IMG/VR virus record: IMGVR_UViG_3300026488_000010
DNA from: a virus
Direction: 5' to 3' (one strand)
Length of the DNA: 64,000 nt
Shown here one piece after another: positions 1-12,200 of the stretch. A program made the translations under genes and the position numbers. The notes beneath the pieces are model-generated. The model searched no databases. It saw only the letters and a program-made list of their open reading frames with translations, and was not told the origin of the DNA. The first letter of the stretch is position 1. Every line of letters begins with the position of its first letter.

Positions 1-233
1 ACTTGTGTCTTAACACTTTGAACTTTAAGCTCTTCAACTTCATCGGCAATTTCAGATTGCAATGTGTTTAATTTAATCGATAACGTTGCCTCATTGTTTT
101 GGATAGATGCTCTTGATTCTTCCAAATTTCTATCTGTACTTAATTCTAATTCATATAAATTAACTTTAAGTTCTGCAGCATTAAAGCTTTTTGCATTTAA
201 TGTTGCGATCTCTTGTAATATTGATTTTGCCAT
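1..233 (-). CDS. Coiled-coil hypothetical protein, 3' end runs off window (MAKSILQEIATL...)
   Basis: Own translation: ATG at 233 after AGGAG RBS, open to window edge; heptad-like Leu/Glu pattern. Confidence 0.6.
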   Translation of the reverse strand, partial: MAKSILQEIATLNAKSFNAAELKVNLYELELSTDRNLEESRASIQNNEATLSIKLNTLQSEIADEVEELKVQSVKTQ

Positions 234-241
234 TTGATCTC

Positions 242-706
242 CTATAATCCATATGTTTTTATAACATCATTAATATTTTCAATGATGATTCTTACACTTT
301 TGGGTGATGTTATATCAACCCGAACTTTATTTGAATCTATAATAGTTATAGGAGCAATTGAATTTTGCCAACCTATATCTTCTTCGATCCATACATCAAT
401 TTTTAAAAATTCCGAATCAAAATTATGTATGAATGTGTGTGACAATGCTGCAACACCTTCATACACCTTTGTTCTATCATTAATTGAATTAATTGTTCTA
501 TCTAAAGACTCTTCAGATGTTCCAACAACTCCTCCAACCAACACATCAATTTTATCTAAGGCATCACTTAAATTGAGTGCACCTTCTAAATTACCATTGT
601 AATTTTTTATATTAATTGTTGACGATGATTGTGTTTTAAATAATAAATCAGCAGCTAATACATTTTGCGTAATACCTTCTGATGTAATAACGTCTATATA
701 CTTCAT
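242..706 (-). CDS. Hypothetical protein, probable virion component
   Basis: 154-aa ORF in tightly packed minus-strand operon, GAGG RBS. Confidence 0.6.
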   Translation of the reverse strand: MKYIDVITSEGITQNVLAADLLFKTQSSSTINIKNYNGNLEGALNLSDALDKIDVLVGGVVGTSEESLDRTINSINDRTKVYEGVAALSHTFIHNFDSEFLKIDVWIEEDIGWQNSIAPITIIDSNKVRVDITSPKSVRIIIENINDVIKTYGL

Positions 707-1149
707 ACATCCTCCTCAGGCAACAAACTTTCCTCTAGGTATGGATTAGTATTAAACGCTACATAATCGATCGTTATATGTGAGTATTGAGTGATTCTAT
801 CTAACGGAACATTAGTACCAGTAATATCAAAAAATAATATATTATCAGTTGATATTGATAATTGGATATCTGTCGGCAATGCAACATCACCAACAGATAA
901 AAAATACATATTTGATAAGTATACCATTTTTGGTAAAGGTATACTTAATATATTATTTTCTAAGGTTACTCCTGTAACAACACGTTCTCTTTTAAATATC
1001 AAATTAAATTCATCATTAAAGAGTTTAAATAACTCTTTAATTGATTTTCCTTGAAGTTGATGAGAATTTCTAGAGATGATTGTTCCATCATCTATTGCTG
1101 AAACAATAGTCTTAACTATTGTTTCATAATTATCTATAATTACACTCAT
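703..1149 (-). CDS. Hypothetical protein, probable virion component
   Basis: 148-aa ORF, overlaps next gene by 4 nt, AGGAG RBS. Confidence 0.6.
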   Translation of the reverse strand: MSVIIDNYETIVKTIVSAIDDGTIISRNSHQLQGKSIKELFKLFNDEFNLIFKRERVVTGVTLENNILSIPLPKMVYLSNMYFLSVGDVALPTDIQLSISTDNILFFDITGTNVPLDRITQYSHITIDYVAFNTNPYLEESLLPEEDV

Positions 1150-1158
1150 CTAATTCTC

Positions 1159-4100
1159 CTAAGTAATAATAATTTTCACTTTACCAATTGCGACTGCACC
1201 TGATTCATCAATAATTTTATACTCGAAATTATCAATACCAGTGTATCCAGCATTTGGTGTGTATCGTAATACTCCTGGTTCATAAGTTCCAGGGTTTGCA
1301 TCACCTTCTAAGATTGTAATACTTCCTCTAGCGGGTTCAATTAAACCATCTCTATTAGAAATTATAGCAATTCTTTCAGATGCTGTATGTCCATCATTAA
1401 CTAACACGTCTAAAGAAACGTCAGATGAATCTTTAATCACAGTAAACGTGTCAGGAGTTGTATATGGACCCGTAACAACAACATTAACTGATCCAGTTGC
1501 AATTTGACCATTATCATCGATAATAGTATATACAAATAAATCAATACCTGCATAATTAGGCTCAGGTGTAAAGAATACTTTTGCTGTAATAGCTTTTGTA
1601 TATCCACTTGCAATATCAGAGCCAAATGTCGAATTGATCGCAACTCTATATCCAGCAGGATTGATACTCGAAACATCAAATATAATATCTTTACCATTAA
1701 CAGATTTTGGAACATCTATAAAGTTTCCAGATGTATCTACTAACACATATGCACTTATATCTTCATCAAATGCATGATAATAAACAATTGATGATGCTTC
1801 TAATCTAACTGACCCATGCTGAGGCTGAGAAACATTGTGTATATAAATATTTTCACCACGTGAATGAGAATCGTTGCCTATCACATCAATTTCACTTTCA
1901 TTATAATTTTTAGGAATTATAATTGAATCATTTGATGTATATGGACCACACGGACTTGAAATGAGATTTGAACTTAATGAACCATAAGTTGTTTCATAGT
2001 CGTCACAACCATATCTATATGCTCCAATTTTCTGATTACTATAACTCAATTCATCAAAGAATAGATCACCTTCTGTAACAGGTGCTTCACCTAATGTGAA
2101 TACTCTAATTCTATTATACTCTGCAGTGTAGTTTGAAATCAAGTTATTATTTGATTGTATAAAGTTCTCGAGTCTATTAACTTCTTCAAGAGCAGTTATC
2201 TTATCGATAATAGTTGAATCAGGATTATTGATGATAGTATTATATGTCGTCTGAGCTCTTAATAAATCATCAGATAATGTATTAACCATTGATAATCGTT
2301 TTCTTAATCTATCTGTAATATATGTATAGTTAAAGATTGTTCGTTGATGATCATCCATTAAGAATATATCAAGTTTTAACGAATCAGAATTTAAAACATT
2401 AGCTGCAGCATTATCTCTTGTTAAAGTATTTGCTAATATTTGATTGGCATTAGTAATTTTTTCAATACTTGCATCAGTTCTAACAATATTCATTCTATCA
2501 ACCATTGATTCCATAATGTCAATATATACTTGGATGTTTGCACCCATACTTTTTAAAGTATTGATGTAACCAACATCAGTTGTATATTGTTCAAGATTTG
2601 CTTGAGCATTTGCTTCTTCTGATTCAATAGCAGTTTTTAATAAACTAATCTTTGCACTAAATGTTTGCGCATCATTAATAATTAAATCAACATTTTCAAA
2701 ATATTCAACATTTTCAAAATCATCACCAATTTCAAATCTTGCAATTTGTAATTTGTAAGCATTTATCTTTAAAAAAGTTTCTTTTTGTGTATCTTTAAAT
2801 GTTGATAAATACGTTGATAAAAATGTAAATTTTTGAGCATAAACACTATCAATTAAAATTTTTAACTTAACAAGCATCAAACTGATATCTCTAAATGTTC
2901 TAAAATTTAATGAAACATCTGTTATAAAATTTGCACGCTTACCTGAATCAATCTGAGATAGTTCTTCATTTGAATTTATATTTAGTGCAGTTCCCCATAT
3001 GTCTTCAGCACGCGTACCATTCTTAAACCAACGAGGCAGAATTTTATATAATATCATCATTAAAATTTCTGGATCAGATGTGTAATAGTTAGGATTCGTA
3101 GCTGAATTTGTATTATATAATAAACCAATTTCTGCGGAATGATTAATATCTGAGCCATCAGGATTTGTTCCTAATTTTTCTTCATAATCTGCAACTTTTA
3201 ATTCTAAATCTAAATTGCGTTTTTCAAGATACTCGTTTGCTGTGTCCATATTAATAACTGTATCATTAGCTGTATATTCTCTTTCATATTCTTCAGCTGT
3301 ACCAAATAATGATAAAAGATTATTAGTCTGTATCTCATTAGCATGTTCAATGGAGAGTACTAGTTGATTACATGCAGTTGCAAATCCAACTCGCACAGCA
3401 CTTGGATAATATCTAGAACTAATTTGTCCACTAGAATCAGTTAAGATATAATTTTCAATTGTTCTTGTTTGATTATTAGTATCAAATAATGTATTAGCAT
3501 CTTGTAAGAAATAATGAGAACCAGTGTTCATCGTTAATAACGTATGATCTGCTGGTAAGTTGTGTTTCTCAGCATTTAATGTTATTACACCACCTGTATA
3601 AATTAAATGATTACCTTCATTATATTCATTTAAATATAATCCAACTACTTTTGAAAAGTGTTGTTGTGATGCTTCAGATCGTTTATATAGACCAGTTTCT
3701 TCATCAAGATAACACATATCTCCAGATCTTAAATCAGTTTCAGGATCACCAATCTTATATAGTTGCTCTTCTGCAACTGCAAAGAAGTTTGCATTAGTCA
3801 TACCCATTGATGAATATATTGCTCTAGATTGATCACCAAAATATTCAAATAATAGTTTATAGTTTTGAATATATAATTTACTTAAATATTGTGGATCAAT
3901 ACCATAAACATGATCACCAATTACTGGAGGATTCGATTGTATGATCTTACCAGCATCTTGAGCATATGCAGTATTTGGAACATCTTCTGCAACTTTAAAT
4001 GTTGCAATCAGTAAACCAGGTTTACCCGAGAATTCTATAGTTGAATTGACACCATCTAAAGATGTGTCAATATAATCACAAGTTACTACTGATTGATCTT

Positions 4101-4572
4101 CAGCTCTTGGGAAGTGTAATGCATCATAATCAATAAATCGAATACGAGCAATATTATCTGCGCGTTGTTCAATATAATCATACTCAATTACAACACCATA
4201 TTTTAAACCCGCTAATAGTTCAGTCTCTTCAAAGATATAATAAGTGTCTTCATAGATATCAATTAATTGATTATCTATCATACAAGCACCAGATTTGATC
4301 TTAAAAATATTATATGTTTTATTTTGAATTAACCAATCAACTTCTACAGGTATCTCTTCATCATTAACTGTAACTTCAAAACCATGAATATAACTTACAA
4401 CCGTTTCTTCTGCAGGCGTCTTTCTAAAACTTGAAAAAGTTCTAGCAACCATTCGAAGATAATCTGTAGGTTTTCTATCAGATGGTTTTAAACCGTGTTT
4501 TTGATATGTGCTTAGTTCTGAAACGGTAGGATCAATATTAACTATTTTACCACCTACTAATACTTTTGGCAT
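1159..4572 (-). CDS. Large virion protein with central coiled coil and C-terminal cadherin/Big_9-like Ig repeats
   Basis: C-terminal FTPEPNYAGIDLFVYTIID and YTPNAGYTGIDNFEYKIID match the (Y/F)TP-x-x-(Y/F)-x-G-x-D-x-F-x-Y pattern of cadherin-like Ig domains. Confidence 0.65.
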   Translation of the reverse strand: MPKVLVGGKIVNIDPTVSELSTYQKHGLKPSDRKPTDYLRMVARTFSSFRKTPAEETVVSYIHGFEVTVNDEEIPVEVDWLIQNKTYNIFKIKSGACMIDNQLIDIYEDTYYIFEETELLAGLKYGVVIEYDYIEQRADNIARIRFIDYDALHFPRAEDQSVVTCDYIDTSLDGVNSTIEFSGKPGLLIATFKVAEDVPNTAYAQDAGKIIQSNPPVIGDHVYGIDPQYLSKLYIQNYKLLFEYFGDQSRAIYSSMGMTNANFFAVAEEQLYKIGDPETDLRSGDMCYLDEETGLYKRSEASQQHFSKVVGLYLNEYNEGNHLIYTGGVITLNAEKHNLPADHTLLTMNTGSHYFLQDANTLFDTNNQTRTIENYILTDSSGQISSRYYPSAVRVGFATACNQLVLSIEHANEIQTNNLLSLFGTAEEYEREYTANDTVINMDTANEYLEKRNLDLELKVADYEEKLGTNPDGSDINHSAEIGLLYNTNSATNPNYYTSDPEILMMILYKILPRWFKNGTRAEDIWGTALNINSNEELSQIDSGKRANFITDVSLNFRTFRDISLMLVKLKILIDSVYAQKFTFLSTYLSTFKDTQKETFLKINAYKLQIARFEIGDDFENVEYFENVDLIINDAQTFSAKISLLKTAIESEEANAQANLEQYTTDVGYINTLKSMGANIQVYIDIMESMVDRMNIVRTDASIEKITNANQILANTLTRDNAAANVLNSDSLKLDIFLMDDHQRTIFNYTYITDRLRKRLSMVNTLSDDLLRAQTTYNTIINNPDSTIIDKITALEEVNRLENFIQSNNNLISNYTAEYNRIRVFTLGEAPVTEGDLFFDELSYSNQKIGAYRYGCDDYETTYGSLSSNLISSPCGPYTSNDSIIIPKNYNESEIDVIGNDSHSRGENIYIHNVSQPQHGSVRLEASSIVYYHAFDEDISAYVLVDTSGNFIDVPKSVNGKDIIFDVSSINPAGYRVAINSTFGSDIASGYTKAITAKVFFTPEPNYAGIDLFVYTIIDDNGQIATGSVNVVVTGPYTTPDTFTVIKDSSDVSLDVLVNDGHTASERIAIISNRDGLIEPARGSITILEGDANPGTYEPGVLRYTPNAGYTGIDNFEYKIIDESGAVAIGKVKIIIT

Positions 4573-4582
4573 CTAAGCTCCT

Positions 4583-5086
4583 TTATTCTTTTATTTGTTT
4601 TTGTAATGATGAATCATATACTTGTAGAACATCTATAAGTTCTAATTCAATCTGTCCCAAAATTTTATAAACTGTTGATGTAGCAATGCTAAATATTAAT
4701 TCATTTAACACATCTAAATATTGACCATAATGATTTAATTTTGATATTAGATCTAATGATTCAGCATTTCCATCATTCTTAATATTGTCTTGAAGGATAG
4801 TTATCTTTGATGATAAATCAGATAATTTATCATATAATACAAACTGTAAGAATTTATCTTCAGTTCCTTCTAATTCAAACATTAGATTCTCTTCAGGTGA
4901 TAGCTCCGGTTCTGGTTGCTCTTGACCTTCTTGTTCCTCTTGACCCTCTTGTTCAGACCTTTGATTAGGATCCTCTTTAGACGCATCAGGTTCATCATCA
5001 GAGTTTATTTCCTCTGCTTCTAATAGAAGAAATAAAGGTAAGTTTGTTTCTTCTAAAATTTGTCGTTGTCTATCTGTGAGTATCAT
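4583..5086 (-). CDS. Acidic protein, possible prohead core/scaffold component
   Basis: Immediately downstream of portal as T4 prohead-core genes are; E/Q-rich segment; N-terminal QILEE and LLLEAEE motifs. Confidence 0.45.
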   Translation of the reverse strand: MILTDRQRQILEETNLPLFLLLEAEEINSDDEPDASKEDPNQRSEQEGQEEQEGQEQPEPELSPEENLMFELEGTEDKFLQFVLYDKLSDLSSKITILQDNIKNDGNAESLDLISKLNHYGQYLDVLNELIFSIATSTVYKILGQIELELIDVLQVYDSSLQKQIKE

Positions 5087-5115
5087 TATATCTCCTTTTG
5101 TTCAGGCACGTGAGG

Positions 5116-7335
5116 TTAGAAACCACCTCCGCCACCATCTTCTGGTTGAGCCATTAATTGCTCTTTCGCTTGTTTCTTGATGAATGAGTCACCAGTTTTC
5201 ATAAGATCTGCCCAATTCATTTGTGGGATATATAATCTTAATAATTCTTCAGGATCTATCACAACCTCTGCAGATTTTAACATTCCAATAATATTAGTAA
5301 CAGAACTTACTAATGCCTCATTTGCTTGCACTGTAAGAACCAATGGAGGATTTAATCCAAATTGGTAGTAATTACTTAAGAGAAAATCAGATGAATCATA
5401 GTTATTATTTTCAAGAACTATATTAAAAATCGAGTTAATAAGTTGTCCCAAAGCATCATCAATATTTGCTTGATAACTTGAAATAGTAGTTGCAAATGAT
5501 GTATTAAGATTAACTAATGTTTCTCTTAAATCAACTTGATCTCCAATATTTAAATAAACTGAAGGTATACCAGTTGCCGCTATAAGTTCATTACGAAGAT
5601 CTTGCATATCATTCAATGGTAAAGATCTATCACCCATAGGCATAACTTCCATATCAATAAATCTTTGCCCATTTACTTGTATAGTTGCTAAGTCACGGAA
5701 ATCTGTAATAACTTTACTAATATTTTTAACATTAGATAAACTATCAAAAGAGATTGATTTATTACTAATATCTTTTTTAACCTTAGCTATAATCTCTGCA
5801 TGATTCTTTTTATTACCTGCTTCAACTGTCCATTTACGAACTACTGATGCTCTTGATAATCTAGAAACGATACTTGACATCAAAGCTAATGTGTACATTT
5901 TTACTGGTTGAATAATTGGATCAAATATAGATGTACCATATGGCCCAAATTTATCAACATTTGTGCTAAAGTTAACTAACTTATTAGCTGGAACATATCT
6001 GAACTTTAATTTTGATTTCTCTTTAATTTTATGATATAAAATTACTTTGATACTTGACGCAACAGTTTCCGATAAATCTAAATCATTTAGATTCTTTGAG
6101 TGTGAGTTTACAATAGTTTCATTAAGTTTTTTGATTACACCTTTCGACATATTCTCTATAACTTTATTAGTAATATCTTCTTCTGATGATTTATTTGTAC
6201 TTCCACTACTATTTTCTTGTTGTGTAAATCTTTTAAATACATCAATCTCTTCGCCATTTTGTTGAGCAAGTTCTTCAACAATTAAGTACCCATATAGAAT
6301 TGAATCTTTTTCAACAATAATTGTTTGTGATGGTGAAATATTTTTAATATAAATATCTTGAATTGAATCAAATTCTAATTCAACAATATCGTCAAACTTA
6401 TATTCAGCATCTTCTGATAATACATCAGAATAATAACCTATTGAATCTTCTTGAATTAAAGATGGACCCATTGATTTTAAAATATTTTTGAATTGTTGAG
6501 TAATATCGGTTTTATCTTCTGATTCAGTAACTATTTCACCAGTCTCGGGTAATGGTACAACATCTGTTTCAAATATACAATAACCTAGATCTTGAGACTT
6601 TGGAATAGTTGTACCTAAAGCGTATGATTCTGTAATTAATTCAGTCTTTGATGCTATATCAGAAACTGATTTTAGGTTTAAAATCTCTATAAAAGAGTTA
6701 CCATATTTTAGCATATCCGGAACGATCTTAGTCTTTAATTTCTTTTGTAAATCAAAATATACAGTAGCAGTCTTTAAAAAGTTCTCATAATGTTTACCAA
6801 CATCTTCTTTAATTGTTTGAAGAAAGTTAACATTATTTGGATTAGGATTAATATTAATAAATTGTTTTGTTTGAACATTCTTGATAAGAATGTTATCAAG
6901 ATATACTTTAAGCATTCGATATGCAATAAAGTTCATGTTTGGAATTTCTTCATAAAATTGATAACGTTTTTTACGTTCTGTTGGGACGGATACATCCGAT
7001 AGGTTACCAAGTATGTCATTATTTGTTGAATTTAATAATCTTTCGATATCTTTTTCAATTTTTTGTTCTTCTGGTAATTCATCTTCAGTTGGAATATCCG
7101 TTCTCTTAGAATTTAACTGTTTAGATAGTTCTTGAACTTCAATTGTTTGCATCTTAGATGAATATGTGTTATATGTGTTAAGATTACCAACAATGCTATT
7201 ATATAATTTATCAAATTGATCATCAATATTCATTAATGCTTGAGCGGGCTCAATTATACTTCGTCCAGTTTGTGCTTGTTCTGCTTGTTCTTCAGGAACT
7301 TCTTGTTCCTCGTTATTATTTCCCCATAAACCCAT
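5116..7335 (-). CDS. Portal protein, T4 gp20-like
   Basis: SSIVSRLSRASVVRKWTVEAGN resembles gp20 IYRITRAPDRRVFYIDTGN; GPYGTSIFDPII and LRNELIAATGIPSVYL match portal wing/stem patterns. Confidence 0.75.
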   Translation of the reverse strand: MGLWGNNNEEQEVPEEQAEQAQTGRSIIEPAQALMNIDDQFDKLYNSIVGNLNTYNTYSSKMQTIEVQELSKQLNSKRTDIPTEDELPEEQKIEKDIERLLNSTNNDILGNLSDVSVPTERKKRYQFYEEIPNMNFIAYRMLKVYLDNILIKNVQTKQFININPNPNNVNFLQTIKEDVGKHYENFLKTATVYFDLQKKLKTKIVPDMLKYGNSFIEILNLKSVSDIASKTELITESYALGTTIPKSQDLGYCIFETDVVPLPETGEIVTESEDKTDITQQFKNILKSMGPSLIQEDSIGYYSDVLSEDAEYKFDDIVELEFDSIQDIYIKNISPSQTIIVEKDSILYGYLIVEELAQQNGEEIDVFKRFTQQENSSGSTNKSSEEDITNKVIENMSKGVIKKLNETIVNSHSKNLNDLDLSETVASSIKVILYHKIKEKSKLKFRYVPANKLVNFSTNVDKFGPYGTSIFDPIIQPVKMYTLALMSSIVSRLSRASVVRKWTVEAGNKKNHAEIIAKVKKDISNKSISFDSLSNVKNISKVITDFRDLATIQVNGQRFIDMEVMPMGDRSLPLNDMQDLRNELIAATGIPSVYLNIGDQVDLRETLVNLNTSFATTISSYQANIDDALGQLINSIFNIVLENNNYDSSDFLLSNYYQFGLNPPLVLTVQANEALVSSVTNIIGMLKSAEVVIDPEELLRLYIPQMNWADLMKTGDSFIKKQAKEQLMAQPEDGGGGGF

Positions 7336-7344
7336 AGTTGCCTC

Positions 7345-7860
7345 CTATCCGTAAATTGCTTGCATAGTATTTCTATTCATACTATCAACTGTATTTGATT
7401 GTTCACCATTCTTAAATTTAATATTAGCATCATTGAATAATCTTAAAAATGATTGATGAATATATAGTTCAATCCCTTTTTGTGAAAAGACCTTTAACAA
7501 TCTTTCTTTTTGTTTATTATGTAATGTGCTGGATACATCTAGATAGAAATCGTTTTTGAATTTCTTAATATCTTTTTTATCAATTTCTTTATCACTGGCA
7601 AAGTTTGCCATAAAATGAACATTTAAATAATATTTAAACTTTACTAGAATTAACTCGTTAAGAAATTCAAAAACCTCTTTTGATTCTTTGATTGGTAAAT
7701 CTGATTCAACATAAGCATTGAATGCCTTTTTTGTATTTTTTAAATTTGTATTTGTATCAGTATTTCGTTTTAAAAATACAACAAATAATGTAAAAAATAT
7801 AGTATTTGTAATCATCAACACTCCAATGAGTGTTGATGATAATTCTTCTGAAAATTCCAT
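7345..7860 (-). CDS. Hypothetical protein with one N-terminal transmembrane helix
   Basis: LIGVLMITNTIFFTLFVVFL followed by KR. Confidence 0.6.
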   Translation of the reverse strand: MEFSEELSSTLIGVLMITNTIFFTLFVVFLKRNTDTNTNLKNTKKAFNAYVESDLPIKESKEVFEFLNELILVKFKYYLNVHFMANFASDKEIDKKDIKKFKNDFYLDVSSTLHNKQKERLLKVFSQKGIELYIHQSFLRLFNDANIKFKNGEQSNTVDSMNRNTMQAIYG

Positions 7861-7872
7861 TTTAATAATTCC

Positions 7873-8097
7873 TTATAATAACGACTCTAAATTTATATGA
7901 GAAGGTTTAATTTTTATACCCTCTTCTAATACTGGTCGATTGCTTAATGATTCGTTCTCTGCTTGAAAAACTGAAGCTAGCGAAGAACTAGCACCTTCTG
8001 AAATATTGTTCATCACATTCGTATCTATCGTCTGAACAGAGGGAGCATTAAGTTTTTCGATCGTATTATGTTCTGCTTGTTCTTTTTTTGTTCTCAT
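7873..8097 (-). CDS. Small hypothetical protein
   Basis: 74-aa ORF, AAGGA RBS, fills operon gap. Confidence 0.55.
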   Translation of the reverse strand: MRTKKEQAEHNTIEKLNAPSVQTIDTNVMNNISEGASSSLASVFQAENESLSNRPVLEEGIKIKPSHINLESLL

Positions 8098-8108
8098 AAA
8101 ATAATTCC

Positions 8109-9236
8109 TTATAATTTTATTGTTTTATATTTTGCATCATCATCTGTTAATGTTTCATCAGCTTTAAATGAATCTCTTAACATTTTTGGATTTGTAACTA
8201 AAAAGTGTTCCAAATCTTCTGCTTTTAATTTATTATTTTCTATAATTGGTGTTGCATATCCATTTACTAATGGATCAATTGTAATTCTAACATCAACATT
8301 TAATGGCTGGTTAAATCTGTTAAATTGTGTTTCGTTACCACCACGAGTTATAGTCATATTACTGATTACACCTAATTTTATATTCATCATACCTTCCGCC
8401 TTGACATCAAATATTGGTGGGTAACCATAAGTTATACCATTAAATGTTATCGGTGCAGTCATCATTATTAAAAATTGCATAGGTTTTAATATATATTCTT
8501 TAATTGATGCTGGATCGCCTGCAGGTGATACTAATTTGATCATTAATTGTAAAGAGTTTGTATATGATGATGATTTCCATTCTTTAGGTAAAGATGTTTG
8601 AATACCTAAAGTCTTACCAGCGATAAGATTCAAAAACTGATTCTTTTCAATTAATGCATCACTTGTATCATCAGTTGCGCCTAATAATTTTAGACCTGCT
8701 TGAGAATCAAAAGTGACTCCTTTTTTAACTGTTTGTATAGTCTGACCAATTGAAGTGTTACCCAATTTATTTGATAATTCTTCAATTGTTGACATACCAT
8801 ATTCATTACCAAATGCTTCAGTCATTGTAGAATCATTTGTACATAATATTTCCATTTGATCAACAGTGCGTGTTTTATCATTTGTATCTGGATATGAACT
8901 ATGAACGATTTGATGCCAAAATTCTAAAGCATTTTTAGTACCAAATAATCCTGAACTTTTTTTTGGACCAATTTGGTATAATTCTGTTACATCTTTTGTT
9001 AATTTGCCATTTGCAGCATCATCTGCAACATTTGCAGCAGATGATGCAGCATCTGCTCCAATACCTTTTGGTAAGTCTCCAAATAATATATTATAACCAG
9101 TTGGTGTTAATATTACTCGAGTCAAGTTATTTTTAAGTCTCTCACTATATTGTGGAGCTTTTTTTGAAGAAGCAGATCCTTGAATTTTATGATTATATCC
9201 TGGAATTTTTCCAATTACTAATCTATCATTTGCCAT
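8109..9236 (-). CDS. Probable baseplate tail-tube initiator / tube-fold protein (T4 gp48/gp54-like)
   Basis: C-terminal YPPIFDV...KLGVISNMTITRGG...F...QPLNVDVRITI pattern typical of tube-fold hub proteins; next to tape-measure-like gene. Confidence 0.45.
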   Translation of the reverse strand: MANDRLVIGKIPGYNHKIQGSASSKKAPQYSERLKNNLTRVILTPTGYNILFGDLPKGIGADAASSAANVADDAANGKLTKDVTELYQIGPKKSSGLFGTKNALEFWHQIVHSSYPDTNDKTRTVDQMEILCTNDSTMTEAFGNEYGMSTIEELSNKLGNTSIGQTIQTVKKGVTFDSQAGLKLLGATDDTSDALIEKNQFLNLIAGKTLGIQTSLPKEWKSSSYTNSLQLMIKLVSPAGDPASIKEYILKPMQFLIMMTAPITFNGITYGYPPIFDVKAEGMMNIKLGVISNMTITRGGNETQFNRFNQPLNVDVRITIDPLVNGYATPIIENNKLKAEDLEHFLVTNPKMLRDSFKADETLTDDDAKYKTIKL

Positions 9237-9245
9237 TTCATTCCT

Positions 9246-12200
9246 TTAAAAATTTTGAGAAACAGGTTTAATTTTTAAGATTGCAGCTAATGTTGATTCA
9301 CCATCCTCAGCTGTAATTCTATTTATAGAAATCCCTGTTTTATTATTAGCGTTAATCGCTGTCCCTTGCATTACAGCTTTAATTAGTAAATCTAATTGTT
9401 GAGTCTGCATTTTAATCTGCTCTAATTGTTCTTTATTATTCGTTGACTTTGCGATATTAATTAAGTTATGTTTAATTGCCTGCATCTCATTAGATGTTAA
9501 TACACCATCTGATTCTGCCATTGCTTTTGTCATTCTATCATTAGCACTTAATCTTGCCGCGATAACCTTTTTAGCTTTAGATTCTTTTAAATTTTTAGCA
9601 ATAATTGCCTCATCACGCTCTTTCTCTTTCTGAGTTAAAACATGTTTTGGTTTTCGTTGAGAATCTTTAAAATTTGCTACACCTTTGGTTCTGATTCCTT
9701 TTCGATCAATGCCTGTTGGTTCAATATGCCATCCTTCACCTTTAACAGGAGTGTGGAATCCATATTTTTTCATTAGTCCATCATTCTTTGCAGAATCAAT
9801 ATCTGCAGAATCAATGTCAACTGCTAGTCCATAATTATGCATTGAATTACCAGGTCTTGCCGCCATACCAGGTTTCATTGTTTTAAATAATCTGTCTTGT
9901 TCAGCAAAACTTCTAAATGCTGAATTAAGATGCATTTTCTTACCATGCTTTTGATAATATTCCCATCCCATAGCTTTCAAATTATATAATACAGTCGGAT
10001 CTAAATCATCAGTATTGATTTTCATATTATCTAAAATAAACATATCTGTTATACTATATGAATCAATATCTGTTGCGCCATCTAATGCCCCGTGCATCTG
10101 CTCACCCATCTTGCGAGGTTTTAATTGTGATGTTTCTAATTTACGAGTTTCAGAATCAATCTGTTTCTTCCAATCTTTCATAATTGTAGCGTCACCATTA
10201 TCGTGACCCCAATTATTTTGTGCATCACGATATGCTTGTTTCTTACCTTTTAAAGATAAATTTGAAAATACTTTTTCACCACCATCTTCATAACCAGTAG
10301 CCGTTAAAACGGTTGCAACATCAACATAATCTGGATGAAGTTTTCGTTCTTTTAAAACAATTGCTATTGCTTCTTGCAATATACCATCAGTTTCATTTAA
10401 CTCTGCCATACCAATTAATGTTGAATCAGGATATACACCCTTATTGCTAAGTATTTGTACTAGTTTTTTAGTATTCATACCTGCAGTGCGAGCCATAGTT
10501 TCAACACGTTCTAAACGGTGTCCAAATTTCTTATCTTGAGATTCTAGATGATTATCTTCGCCCTTCTCAACATCAGATTTATTTGTAATCCAATCAAAGA
10601 TGTCTTGTGAGTATTCATATACAGCATAAGCACCAACAGCGACTGCTGTTGCTCCTAATACATACGGATTAGCAAAAACTGGTCCTAAGAATGGAATCAT
10701 GCGAATTAAAGTAGACATACCTAACCATAAACCTTTACCACCCTTTTTAAGGTTTTCAATAGAGAATAGTTTTTTCCATCCACCTTTAGTAAAAAAGTGT
10801 GATACTTTTTTCATTAATGATGCTTTAGGTGCTTTTGTTGTTTTTGTCGTAGGTGTCTTAGAATTTTTAGAAGCTGTTTCTAAATTCATTCCAGGCATTC
10901 CAGTATAATCAACATCACCAAACATTGACGCACCAGCAGCACCAGCAGCACCAGCAGCACCTTTTGAATAACTTCTTTTTTTGCCTGATCCACAACCTGG
11001 TCCAGAACAACATACACAATCTCTGATATCTTCTAATAATAAAATTTGCTTATCAGAGTTTGACATTTGATGTTCACGACGATCTTCTTCTTTCTGTACA
11101 TTCTGACCATCTTGTACAGAAGTTTTTGATTGGTATCTACTGGCAGTTGAACCATCTGACTCAGAATCAATTCCTTGTTCCAAGACCGTTTGTAAAAATG
11201 GATTCTTTTTTACAGCTTCATCAATTTGATCACCCAATATTTCATCTTCATTTTTATCAATGAACCATTGTGAAAATCTTCCCATTACAGGATTAAGATT
11301 CATCATTTGATCTTCAATCTTATCAGCAATACTTTGATCTTTTTTATCATGATATGCTTTGTTTCCAAACACACCATCATAACGATTAAGAGTTAACGTT
11401 TCACCTTCTGTTCGAGCAATTGGTCCAACCATTGCTGCCAATGATTCCATTTGATGTCTGTTATATTTAAGCAGTAGTTCAAATCTATCAGGATATGCTT
11501 TACCTAAATAATTTTGCATTAACTCTGCAGGCCCAAGTTCAACTGCTCCAACAGCTGCTCGTAATTCTGATTCAGAGTTTAATGTTTTGTTTTTAGCATC
11601 TTCTGATATCCAATCACTAAAAACTTTACCCATTGTTCGTTTTTCTTTACGACCAGTAATCTCTCCAGTGTATTCGTCGCGTATTGCTTCACCTTTGATC
11701 ATATCACCGAGCCATGACTCAGCTCTAGATGCAGCCTTAAAAGCATTTGATATAGAAGCTACACCTGGCAAATAACCAACCATCTCATCCATACCGCGAA
11801 GCCAATCATTATAGAATGAATAATCCATTGCTTGTTTTTCTTCTTCTTCTGCTCTTAGTTCGGCTAAATAACCATGAGATGAACCATGAGTAATGCCGAA
11901 ACCATCTTTACGAATCTTTAATAATTCTGATCCTGATAGTTGAGTAGTCGTAAAGATTCCACCGAGCATTGCAAGCATCTTAGCGTCATATGAATCAACA
12001 CCAGCAATTAATTGCGCCGCAGATTGATTTAATACTTGAGTATGGGATAATGATACACCCATTGTCTCTGAATATTTCTTTTCAGCTGCTAATGGATCTT
12101 CTAATTTGGTTCTATCATTTGCTTCATTATATAAAGCAACTGATGATTTACCATCTAATAAATTTGAAAACTGTCCACCTAAATCCATAATAGCATTTAA

